Assembly (NCBI GenBank): GCA_951406725.2
Contig: OX597827.1
Span: 55,738,001 to 55,802,000 of the forward strand
Direction: 5' to 3'
Length of the DNA: 64,000 bases
Source: Octopus vulgaris
Taxonomy: Eukaryota
Made by a program: the position numbers and the translations under genes
The notes under the pieces: generated by a model
Told to the model about the DNA's origin: nothing
Databases searched by the model: none
The model's input: the letters and a program-made list of their open reading frames with translations, nothing else
Shown: positions 24,201-35,871 of the stretch, in pieces
How positions within the stretch are numbered: the stretch's first letter is position 1
Layout of the letters: each line of letters begins with the position of its first letter

Positions 24201-25411
24201 GAGCACCCTATAAAGGCACCACCGTAGTTTTAAAGGGTTTCTGTGGTTGCTAATTAACCCGAGGTCAGCTCCCACTGAATAAGCAATCTAGCCAAGGCCA
24301 CTCTGTATTTTATTCAGAAATAATAAATCTAGAACTATATTATCCTCGTTAATCGGTAGAACCCTGAAGTTAAAATATTCTGAAGAAAAAAAAATTAACA
24401 GCAAAAAAAAAACTTGACATTTCCACATTGATTTCAATAGTTTTAACATTTCCACAGTTATTTCCTGAATGAAATAACAGAGTAAAAGTTATTGAAGTTT
24501 TTTCTTTATTATTTAAGATTTAATGTTATTGAGTCACAAAATTCAAACAAGTGCATGCTTCAAAATATCACTTGGAATTAGTATAAAGGCTAACCAATGA
24601 AGTTGTTGAAAAATGAAATCTTTCATTTTTCATCTTTTACTTGTTTCAATAATCATACTGTGGCCATGCTGGGGCACCACTTTGAAGATTTTTTAGTCAA
24701 ATGTATCAACCCCCATACTTATTTTTCAAAACTTGATACTTATTCTATCAGCCTTTTTTTGCTAAACTGCTAAGTTATGGAAACAAACATACTAACATCT
24801 ATTGTCAAGTGGTGGTTGTGAAAGACAAAGACACAAACACACATCTTTCAGTTTCTGTCGACCAATCCATTCACAAGGCTTTGGTTGGCCAAAGGCTGTA
24901 ATAGAAGACACTTGCCCAAAGTATCACTGAACTCAGAATCATGTTGTTGGAAAGCAAAAATAGATAGATAAATAAAAAGATCTACAGAGGTAATAGTGTT
25001 TAAAGCCTCTGGAATCTTAAATAAGTAACTGGACACAACATTAAATATTAGTTGAAGAAAACCAGCTTCCTTCTCTCTCTTTTTGTCATACCACAAATGT
25101 CAGTAACAGAAAGGAACTGTTTAACATTTCAATATAAATAAAGAATCCAAATTCATTTGTTTTAAAATAATTAGAACCTAACAATTTCACATGCACACAC
25201 ACACAAACACACACAAATATACATGAACACACAAATTAGTTAAAACTCCCATTGATTTTGTATTTGGCTATGTGGTAAGAAGCAAGCTTCTTGCTTCTTA
25301 ACAACATGGTTCTGGGTTCAGTATCACTGTGTGGTACCTTGAGTAAGAATCTTCAACTATAGCCTCGGGCTGACCAAAGCTTCGTGAATAAGCCCATCAT
25401 ATATCTATCTA

Positions 25412-25796
25412 CTAGCAGTATCGCCCGGCGTTGCTCAGGTTTGTAAGGGAAATAACTATAAAGCATTTTTAGAGTTATAGCCAAAAAATAGCAAAAAAAT
25501 GGAAAAAAATGATGGTAAATTTTTTTTTGAGATTTAAAAAAGGTGGAGTTGCGTTCCCTAGACAGTTTGTGGTTTGTGTTTCTCATTGTCGACTCCATGT
25601 CGAATTTATCGATTTTTTTCAGAACTGGGGGAACTTTCCAAAATTTTCGCTGCGTTAGTTTTGAATTATGACATTGGGCTATGTGTGTGTCAAGTTTCAT
25701 CAGAATCGGTTGAAAGCCGTGGTCAGGGTGAGGGTACAACCTGACAGACACACAGAAACACGCACAGACAAACTGCCGTTTATATATAGAGAGAGA
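25412..25796 (-). mobile_element. Non-autonomous Helitron (385 bp) nested in a family A SINE
   Basis: Minus strand starts A|TCTCTCTCTATATATAAA and ends CCTGAGCAACGCCGGGCGATACTGCTAG|T: 5' TC, subterminal hairpin, CTAG terminus, A/T target, no TSD. SINE halves at ~25265-25400 and 25798-25940. Confidence 0.85.
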
Positions 25797-26879
25797 TCTG
25801 TGTGTGTGTGTGTGTGTCTTTGTGCCTGTGTTTGTCTACCATCACCACCACCACCACTTGACAACCAGTGCTGGTGTTTATGTCACTGTAATATAGTGGT
25901 TTGGCAAAAAAGACTGATAGAGAAAGTACCAGACTTAGTACAAAAAAGTGCATAAAATGCTGATCTCTAACTGTGGAGGGAACTTGTGGAAGAGGTAGAC
26001 CCAGAGGGACATGGGAGAAGGTGGTGATGACAAGTAATCAACACATTGGTCAATTTGCTGTGCTTGAGAAGACTTGTCAAGCTAAGTGTGGCCGGTGCCA
26101 GTGACACATAAAGGTTCCTGTGCTGGTGATATGTAAAAGGCAACCACTACACTCTTGAAGTGGTTGGCATCAAGTGGAGCATCAGCCACAGAAACCATGC
26201 CAAATCAGACTGGAACTTAGTAGAGCTCTTTGGCTCACCAATTCCAGCCAGATTGTCTCACTCATGCTTGCATGGAAAGCAAATGCTACATGATGATAAT
26301 GATATTTTTCTGTCTTTTTCTTGTTTTAGTCAAAGAAATTGATCCCAGCACTTATTTTTTAAAGCCTGGCACTTAATCTACAAGTCTCTTTTGCTGAACC
26401 GTTTAGTCACAAGGATGTAAACACACCAGCACCAGTTGTCAAGCAGTAGTGAAGACAAACACAGACAAAATGAAATATGCGTATGTGCATGAACACACAC
26501 ACACGACGGGCTTCCTTCAGTTTCCATCTACCAAATCCACTCACAAGGCATTGGCTGGCCTGAGGCTATAGTAGATAATTACCCGAAATGCCATGCAGTG
26601 GGATTGAACCTGGAACCATGTCGTAGGGACGCTAACTTCTTTCCCCAAAACCATGTTGTATATAGAAACCATGCAAAGGAGACAACTGGTGCGTGATGCA
26701 GCCTTTGGAGCCATCAGGTCCTGCCAAACTGTCCAACTAATAGAACATGGACGTTAAATGATGATGACATAAATCACAAAGGTTTATCTTGATGTGTACA
26801 TGCGCGTGTGTATGAATGAGTGTGAATAAACAGATATGCTTATATGTGCATGTATGTGTATACATACACACATATATCA

Positions 26880-26930
26880 ATAGATAGTATATATATGCAT
26901 ATATATATACATACATATACATATATATGC

Positions 26931-26982
<52 letters not shown>

Positions 26983-26984
26983 GC

Positions 26985-27018
<34 letters not shown>

Positions 27019-27123
27019 GCATATATATCATATATATATATATGTATATATATGATATATATATATATACATATATATATATATGTATATATATCATATA
27101 TATACATATATATATTATATATA

Positions 27124-27172
<49 letters not shown>

Positions 27173-27255
27173 GTATATATATACATATATATAATATATA
27201 TATGTATATATATGCATATATATATGTATATATTTGCATATATATATATATACAC
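26880..27255. repeat. Long degenerate (TA)n microsatellite
   Basis: About 370 bp of TA repeats interrupted by C/G. Confidence 0.95.
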
Positions 27256-27719
27256 ATACACACCCACCCACCCACACACATATGCACACACACATAATTA
27301 TAATGGTAAAACTCAAGTGGTGCTCATTTAATGACTGGTCTGGAGCTACATGTCAGTAATAGCATTATCAAGTTTCATAGCCTATTAATTAAGGATTAAT
27401 GTCTCAAACCTGTAATCATAGAGTGATTGATATGAAAGTTGATTAAAAGGTGAGTAAATTATATACAGAAGTGTGTCAGCTTAGTCTACCTAGCATATGG
27501 TAGAGAACATACTGAATTCTGATTAGCTAATTGTAAGCAGCATTGTGGGAGGTAAATTCAGTCTCATAAAAAGTAACTGACTACTGAAGACCTTCAACTG
27601 TAAAACATACTTTAGGGTTGGAACTAACAATGAAGCTTCTGAGAATTCATTTCCATCTTTGTTGTTGTGTATAGCCTTAACCCTTTAGCATGAAGATTAG
27701 TCTGTCAATTGTAATGCTT

Positions 27720-28310
27720 CGAACGTTAGGCCTCGCAGAGGCAATGACGAAAGACCGAGACCTCTGGAGATATGCTGTGACTGCGAAGAGCCGACAAATA
27801 ACGTGAGTTCATGGCTGTTTCCTGCACCAGCTTCACATAGAAGCCCCAGCCCATCCAAAGTACCTTGGATCGCGGGATGGCCTGCTGTGCTTACCTTGCA
27901 TCGTAGGGCGACCTGCTGTACTTGAGGAAACCTATTGAGTCAAGTACATCAAAATTAAAAAATCAAATGGAAATTGTAGTTGTGATACCTGTGCTGGTGG
28001 CACGTAAAAAGCATCATCTGAGCGTGGCTGATGCCAGAGCCGCCTTGACTGGCTTCTGTGCCGGTGGCATGTAAAAAGCACCAACCGATCATGGCCCTTG
28101 CCAGCCTCCCCTGGCACCTGTGCCGGTGGCATGTAAAAAGCACCCACTACACGCACAGAGTGGTTAGTGTTAGGAAGGGCATCTAGCTGTAGAAACACTG
28201 CCAGATCAGAGTGGAGCTTGGTGCAGCCTCCTGGCTTCCCAGACCCCAGTCGAACTGTCCAACCCATGCTAGCATGGAAAACGGACGTTAAACGATGATG
28301 ATGATGATGA
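27720..28310 (+). mobile_element. 5'-truncated RTE LINE (end of ORF plus 3' UTR plus (GAT)n tail), family C, nested in a TTAA MITE
   Basis: Begins RTLGLAEAMTKDRDLWRYAVTAKSRQIT* (RTE C-terminal DR..WR motif) and ends CATGGAAAACGGACGTTAAAC(GAT)n. Shorter copies at ~7485, 11715, 18603, 37016, 41348, 52120 (all -) and 26060 (+). Confidence 0.8.
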
Positions 28311-28836
28311 TTGTTTTGGATTAATCATGCATTATCTCATAGCTTTTGAGATTTTGATAATATGATTGTTTAGTTTTAGAATTTCATTGTAAGGTAAGGT
28401 ATGAGAGGCCATAGCAGGCTAGTTTGAACATAAAACAGGTAGAATATTTTGGCCAGCAATAGCCAATTTAAATGCGAAAGGGTTACTCTGCTGTGTTTAG
28501 GGCAGAGCAATGGCACATAGAGAATCAGCTGAGCAGCTAGGTGTGACCAACAGAATAAGTGTTCCTTGATATGTCATACTTCTGCCCACCAGAGTGTGCA
28601 GAAAAGTTTCTGGCTTTGGGTAAAAGAAAATACAGGAAGATCAATTAATTATGATTTTATTCAACATATTCCCATCTCAGATTCGCATACTCATTGCAGT
28701 GGTCCTTCAGTTTTTCTAAGCCCTGTAAAAAAACTCGGTAGTTGGGCCCCCAACGAGGTCTTTCATGATGGCCTTAAAGCCAGGAACTTTTCAGCAAAGG
28801 TAGGTGTGCTATGAATGCTGTTGGTGGTTTAACCAC

Positions 28837-28867
<31 letters not shown>

Positions 28868-29166
28868 TAGTTGTAGTTTATCCTTAACCCTAGGTCAATT
28901 TTTAATGTGTAGATCTCTAATCAAAAGCTGTGATCATCTCATTTGCCAGAGCTATGTATGGCTACATTATGTAATGTATAATTTTCTATTATTAAGACAG
29001 CAATGTGTAATCTGAGGGAGATTTGCCTACTATTTCTAGCAGATCAAATGACATGAAAACTCCCTCTTTAGTTCATAGTATATTTATGTTGCTGAGAGTG
29101 ATGGCCAGCTGAATTTGATGTTGCTCAACATGGTGTGTAGCTCAAAGAGCAGGGACTCTCTGCAGG

Positions 29167-30099
29167 TTGTTCTCAATCAAAGCCGGAATACTGCAGGGAG
29201 ACACACTCGCCCCATTTCTTTTCATCATTGTTGTTGATTATGTGCTACGTATGTCAGTTGATACCATCTCTGGCAAGGGCTTTGAAATAAAACCAAGAAG
29301 AAGTTCCAGACATCCAGCTGAATACTTGACAGACACTGACTTTGCTGACGACATCGCTCTTATCAGTGATTCTCTCTCCAATGCCCAGTCTCTTTTACAA
29401 TCTCTTGAACAAGCCTCAAATTGTGTAGGTCTTTACCTCAATGAGGCCAAGACTGAATACATAAACAAGTGCCTGTCCAACAGTGATTGCATCATCCGTA
29501 CTCTCAACAATGCGCCCTTAAATATGGTTTCTGATTATAAATATCTTGGGTCATACATATCATCATCTGGAAAAGACTTTCTAACTAGAAAGGGTATGGC
29601 CTGGTCAGCCTGTAATGACATGCATAAGATCTGGTCATCAAATCTAAGTAGAGACTTCAAACTTGAAATCTTCAAAGCCACAGTCGAACCAATTCTACTA
29701 TATGGCTCAGAAACCTGGACGTTATCAAAGAAGCTTGAGAGGCGGTTGGATGGAACCTACACTCGCCTCCTTATGAGAGCTCAAAATCTCTCGTGGAAGT
29801 GCCATCCAACCAAAATGCAAATATATGGGAAACTACCACCTGTGTCATCTCTTGTGAAAGGTAGGAGAGTCCAGTTTGCTGGACATTGTTGTAGAGCTGA
29901 AACAGAGGTAATTTCTACTCTTCTCCTCTGGAAGCCATCTACTCGCAATACCAGAGGGCGCACACTCTCCTACCCTGATGTAATCTCCAGGGATACAGGC
30001 ATCCAGCAACAGGACCTCCGTAATGCCATGATGGACCGTGAAGTCTGGCGTAGCATGGTAAATTCCATTGTCTCGACCACGGTAGAACAATGATGATGA
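29167..30099 (+). mobile_element. 5'-truncated RTE-type LINE with uninterrupted RT/C-terminal reading frame
   Basis: 308 codons without a stop: GILQGDTLAPFLF, DFADDIALIS, YKYLGS, LLYGSETW, FAGHC, DREVWR. The stop codon is the start of a (TGA)n tail. No real start codon. Confidence 0.93.
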
Positions 30100-31144
30100 C
30101 AATAAGATGTTAATTCTCTGCATTGAGAAGTCACAGCTCTGGTACTATGGGCATGTGATTAGAATGTCACAGGAAGGAACCACAAGAGGGATGGTGGGAT
30201 AATATCCCTAGTCTCAGTTGCAGTTGGGAATGCAGCTGGAAAGTGCAATGATGGTTGCTTCTGATAGAAACTTATGGAGAAGATGCCTGAGGACGCCACT
30301 TTCACACTGCTCACAGGAATGGTGGATAAAGAAGATGGCTAGATAATGTTACTGGTTCAGAAGGGAGACAGTGTATTCAGAAGATGCCACCACACTGATT
30401 ATAACTAACACACACAAGACAAATCATATGGTGAGTATGTGTGTGTCTATGTACACATGAGTGGCACAGTGGTTGAGGTGTTGGGCTGAGATCATAAGGT
30501 TGTGGGTTTGATTCTCAAAGCACTTCATTTCATGTTATTTCAATCAACTTAGCTGGAAATGAGTGCAAGTGTTAAGAGGTAAGGGAGTTACCCTGCAACA
30601 GTCTGGCATCTTATTCAGAATGAGTCTGGTACTCTCAGCCACTTATATGCCACTGAACCCAAGAAAAGGTTCAGTCAAATAGGGCTGTATGTTCAAGACA
30701 GACATTAGATATTTTACTTATACACATCATCATTATCATCATTATTGTTTGCACTTCCAATTTTACAGGCTCACATGGGTTGTATAGTTTGGTTAGGTAG
30801 ATTTTCTATGGCTGAATGCACTTCTGTTCACTGACCCTCACCTGTTTCCAAATAAGGCAATATTTCCCCACTTACATGATGGTGACATTTGTTTACAACT
30901 ATCACATAAAGTCAAAGCAAGGAACAGTAACAGTAACACACACACACAAATATCATACATGACAGGCTTCTTGCAGTTTCTATCTACTAAACTCACAAGG
31001 TTTTGGTCAGCCAGGTATTATAGTAGAAGACATATGTTCAAGGTGGTGTGCAGTGAGATTGAACCTGAAATCACGTGGTTGCAAAGTGAACTTTTTGACC
31101 ACATAGCCATGCCTGCAGCTATCTCTCTCTCAAATACATCACAA

Positions 31145-32488
31145 AACCTCGCTAAGCTAAGTATATATTTATATTTAAGATCTTTAAATTTTGATATTTA
31201 TAAGTCTTATGGTATAATATTATTGTTTTTTTATGTATATATCGTTTATCTAATTATCGTAATTTTCTATATAATTATTAGATATTAACTTAAAGTTTAT
31301 TCGTAAGATTTTACTTAGCGATAGATATGTTGTTTGATAGCAAGTATATGAGTTGGTTAAAGTTAGATTCATGTATATACATGTATTAATAGCATTAATT
31401 GTAGTTTTAAATTTCTTATAATTATTATTTTAACTTATATATTGTCTTTTTAAATTGTTATTTGCTAGTTACATTATTCCCATTGATAAATATATTTATA
31501 GTATTTATTTGTTACTATATAACTACGAATTGATTATTTCTTTAAGTACTTTAAAGATAAGATTTTTGAAAGTTATTATTTAGCCAACGAGATAAAGATA
31601 GTTAATTTACTATAGTGTTCGTTTAAGATTGTTTGTTTGTATTTTTGAAATTATCTATTTCATCTTTAAATATGAAAAATTTATTTATTAGGTCTTTATT
31701 ATATGAGCATATATATTTATTTATAGAGATTGTTTTAGATCTTAATTATAATATTTATATACATTTATATATTTTCATTGATAATTTATATATTATTTAA
31801 ATTTTATATTTTAATAATATGAATAATCATTTTTTTTTGTAAAATATTTATATAATTAGATATTGACTATTACTAATATTAGATTATTGGTGGGTTTCTT
31901 ACCTTAAAAATTAATACTTAAAAATTAAAATTAATATTTAACATTATAATCGTTGTTTAGTTTGATAATAGAGTTTTTTATAAGAAAATTTATCATATTA
32001 TTTATTTCTTAAAAAATATTGTTTAAATATTTTTGATTATTTATTAAAATATTACAATTAACCTGAAGATTGACTGTAATCATAACTCGAATTATTAATT
32101 GAATTTAAATTATTGTTATTCGAATTGGTTATGGGCATGAAACGATCGTAGTGTTTTTATTCTTTATCTTATATTAAACTTTTAATACTTTTTGATAGTT
32201 TAAATAATATAAAAAATAAAAAATAAAATATAAATAAATAAATAAATATTAAAAAAATATAAATAAAAAAATAAATAATTAAATAAAATAATAATAAAAA
32301 TATATATATATTTATAATTTATAAGTTTAAATTATTAATTTAAATTATTTTTAAAAATTTTAACTTTAATTTAAATATTTTAATTGGATTATATTTATAT
32401 ATACATTTTTTAATTAATTTTATTTCTATGTATTGGCTTATGATTTTCACTGTTTGATTTGCCAAATAGTGGTTTTATCTCTAATTTA

Positions 32489-32490
<2 letters not shown>
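31145..32490 (+). mobile_element. Extremely AT-rich island, possibly an eroded Penelope-like element 3' end
   Basis: Very C-poor and sharply bounded. Faint GIY-YIG-like remnants (IIYFI...FIRS...NIYIHL...TNIRLL), followed by a hammerhead-like core at 32063-32150. Confidence 0.4.
32060..32153 (+). ncRNA. Candidate minimal hammerhead ribozyme (Penelope type)
   Basis: CTGAAGA (32063-32069), long stem II (CATAAC/GTTATG, TCGAAT/ATTCGA), GAAA-C-GATC-G-TA with palindromic loop III. Stem I and stem II closure are weak. Confidence 0.45.
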
Positions 32491-32546
<56 letters not shown>

Positions 32547-34186
32547 CGTATCAATACAACAGGTGATATAGAATCACACTCAATGTAGGTATCTGTCAAT
32601 GCATATCAAACGTATATATCTTTAAACAACAGCAAATGCTGCAAAGTAGCCGTAGCAACACCAGGAACTTCTGTCAGTGTAAACAAGGTCAGAGAACTTG
32701 TCAGTCAGTCAGCTCACTATTGATCTCTTTCTCTCTGTCTCTGTCTATATCTCTCTCTGTCTGTCTGTCTGTCTCTCTCTCTCCCTCTCAATCACTCTTG
32801 AAAGTGTTCTTGCTATGGTGTATGCAGCTTGGATACTTGCTAAGAAGAGCCACCATGGTAATGTAAACGTCAGCCATCGCTAATACCGCATGCTATTATT
32901 AAATTGGGTATCTGCATTGGTGCAGTGGCAAGAGTAATGGAATTAAGACCTGCCAATAATGAGTTCAGGTCCCATGATTTGATGGCTTCAATCTGACAGA
33001 GTAATGGAGGAAAGCATTAAAATATCATATCAGCATCTTGAGTGTCAAGCAGATTGGTTACAACGGTATGGAAGTCCCTCAAGGAAAATTTGAAGGAAGT
33101 GAGCTCACTGATAATAGGATTACCATTTAGATTAGTTATATCTTGTTGTTGTTATTGTTGTTGTTGTTGTCTAGCCCTAAGATCTTCCCTGAATAGGCAA
33201 ATTGATAACCAAAGATATTTCAGTCATAATCAACTTGTCTGTTTTGGGGTAACTTAGACTACATTATTTGGGTGCCACTTCTAGCAAGTTGAGCAATGGT
33301 ATAGATTGTTTTTAGTAGCTATTAGGCTTGAGCTGGCAGAAACTTTAGCATGCTGGGCGAAATGCTTAGCAGTATTTCGTCTGCCGCTACGTTTTGAGTT
33401 CAAATTCAACCAAGGACGACTTTGCCTTTCATCCTTTCGGGGTCGATTAAATGAGTACCAGATACGCACTGAGGTCGATATAATTGACTTAATCTGTTTG
33501 TCTGTCCTTGTTTGTCCTCTCTGTGTTTAGTCCCTTGTGGGTAGTAAAGAAATAGGTTATATGGAATAATATTTCCATCTCCAACCAGATAAAATACATT
33601 ATAGAGAAGAGTTGCACATTAACAACAGGACTTGCTGCTAGAAAACTTGAGTTATTACATCTAGCAGCTGTGCTCTTGAAAAGATTAACATGGGTTAACT
33701 AACACATGGCCAATTGGCACTAGAAATACTGGTTTCTGTTATCAAAGTTAAGCAACGTTAAGCAGGGAAGCACTTTGAAAAGTCATATACGTATTAATGA
33801 TGTCATTTGAAAACATCAAGAAATACTTAAATTTGCATCAATAACACAAAGCTGAGAAGGAAAATAAGCACAACCAGCAAATCAAAAATTTCTATTTCAA
33901 ATTTTACTAAAGTATGCCAGTCTGCAAATACCATACTTTATAATCATTTCAAGCTAAAATATTGATTTCATTGAATAATATCCATAAGACATGGCTATGT
34001 GGTTAAGAAACATGGTTCCCAATGATGTGGTCTTAGGTTCAGTCCCATTGTGCAGCACCTTGGGCATGTATCTTCTAATACAGTCTCAGGCTGACCAAAG
34101 CCATGTGAGTGGATTTGGTAGACAGAAATTGAAAGAAGCGATGAAATTGAAATTGAAAGACTTGAAAAATTGAAAGAATTGAAAAA

Positions 34187-34418
34187 AGGCGGCGAGCTGG
34201 CAGAAACGTTAGCACACCGGGCGAAATGCTTAGCTGTATTTCGTTTGCCGCTATGTTCTGAGTTCAAATTCCGCCGAGGTCGACTTCGCCTTTCGTCCTT
34301 TCGGGGTCGATTAAATAAGTACCAGTTACGCACTGGGGTCAATATAATCGATTTAATCCATTTGTCTGTCCTTGTTTGTCCCTGCTGTGTGTAGCCCCTT
34401 GTGAGCAGTAAAGAAATA
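34187..34418 (+). mobile_element. SINE family B nested in a family A head
   Basis: Duplication AGAAATTGAAAGAAGC at 34124-34139 and 34419-34434. Confidence 0.9.
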
Positions 34419-35652
34419 AGAAATTGAAAGAAGCCTGTCATATGTGTGTGTAGGTGGGTGGGTGTTAGTGTTTGTGTGTGCTCTTTTCTTGACATCACAT
34501 AATGATAGTAAACAAGCATCACAATCAAAAGAGCAATGTTATTCGTTCCCAGTTTTCCATGAAAAACATGCTGCCTGGCCCTGGGAAATACTACCTTGCT
34601 TGGAAACAGGTGGGGGGGGTTAGAGATAGGAAGAGTATCCAGGTGTAGAAAATTTGCCTCAACAAATTCCATATAATCATGCAAGCACATAAAAATAGAT
34701 GTTTAAATGAAGATGGTGAAGATTAGCCATCCTAACAGTACCAGGATCTAATTGAATTTTCATTCCGCATCCCACTGACTAATCAACATGCCTGCAATCT
34801 TATGTGACTCACACAGTGTCAGTATATTAAGGTGTATGTGTCATCATCACCTCTCCACCTCACTGCAAACTGTACAACTAGCAATGAATTTTTACCCCAA
34901 CAAACATACTCATGCGATCACTCTCACACTTTCTCCTCCCGCTCTCTCTCACTCTCTATCTGATGTTGTGAATTATATTAGGGATTAACAAACATAGCTC
35001 CCTTTCAACTTTCATGAAAACATTGAGTCATGGCTGTGCCCTCCCCATACTTTTTATTCATGGGACAACATGGAAACTACACTTACTGTTATTAGAAGTA
35101 AATTCACGAAAGTGACAATCCTGAATTTTATAGCTTGATGCTGTATAAACTTGGGACAAAATACAAACAGCATTGAGAATTTCCTTTTGTTGAAAATGTG
35201 TCAAAATTTATCAAGGCTCTTTAGGTAACATACCATGATATTAATAGTAAGGTTGACAATAATTTTAAGATGTTAGGTATTACTAGCTCAGGTGTAACTC
35301 AAGGTTTATTAACTCTCCTAAATTCTGTCATTTTATCAACAGCCTTCAAACACCCACCACGAATCTCCTGTATACTAGCACCATTAATATTTATTCCTTT
35401 TTTTCTCATTGGAAACTAGACAACCAATCACCATGGGTGAAAAGATTGATGTGAACTGTGCAGCACACCTTTAGTCAGTCCTTAACCTTGTAGAAAAATA
35501 GCAGCCAAATCTTCCTCAAATTACACCCAACCATCAAATAAGGATTCATAGAATTCTACAGTCCCTGGCTGCATATAAAAGATGAGATAATCACAGCTGA
35601 TATGCCTTTACATACATGAGTCCATTCAGTCAGATCTGATTTGGGTCTAAAC

Positions 35653-35871
35653 CATTGGTTCTCAACAATTTGTTGCCTGTGGGATTCTTTGATTCTTATT
35701 TTATTCTACTGGATCCCCATATCGACTTGAAGTTTTAAAAAATCTCATTATATTTTTATAATAAAACGAAGAATTATGTAAAAAAAATTAACATATTTTG
35801 TGTATTGTAGAAGTATAACTGATTTATTGCACATAATTTTTAACAGCATGGACTTTGGTTGAGAACCACTA
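35653..35871. mobile_element. hAT-like MITE
   Basis: CATTGGTTCTCAAC...GTTGAGAACCACTA termini. Imperfect 8-bp flanks GTCTAAAC/ATCTAACC. Related to 63015-63315. Confidence 0.65.

Noticed and set aside
29167-30093. Standalone or domesticated reverse transcriptase gene (retron/DGR-like system)
   Set aside because: It begins mid-RT without an ATG or N-terminal domains, ends in a retrotransposon tail, and interrupts another repeat. An ordinary 5'-truncated LINE.
31145-32490. Nuclear mitochondrial insertion (NUMT)
   Set aside because: I could not recognise any mitochondrial protein, rRNA or tRNA motif, and PLE-like traces fit better. Not formally excluded without BLAST.
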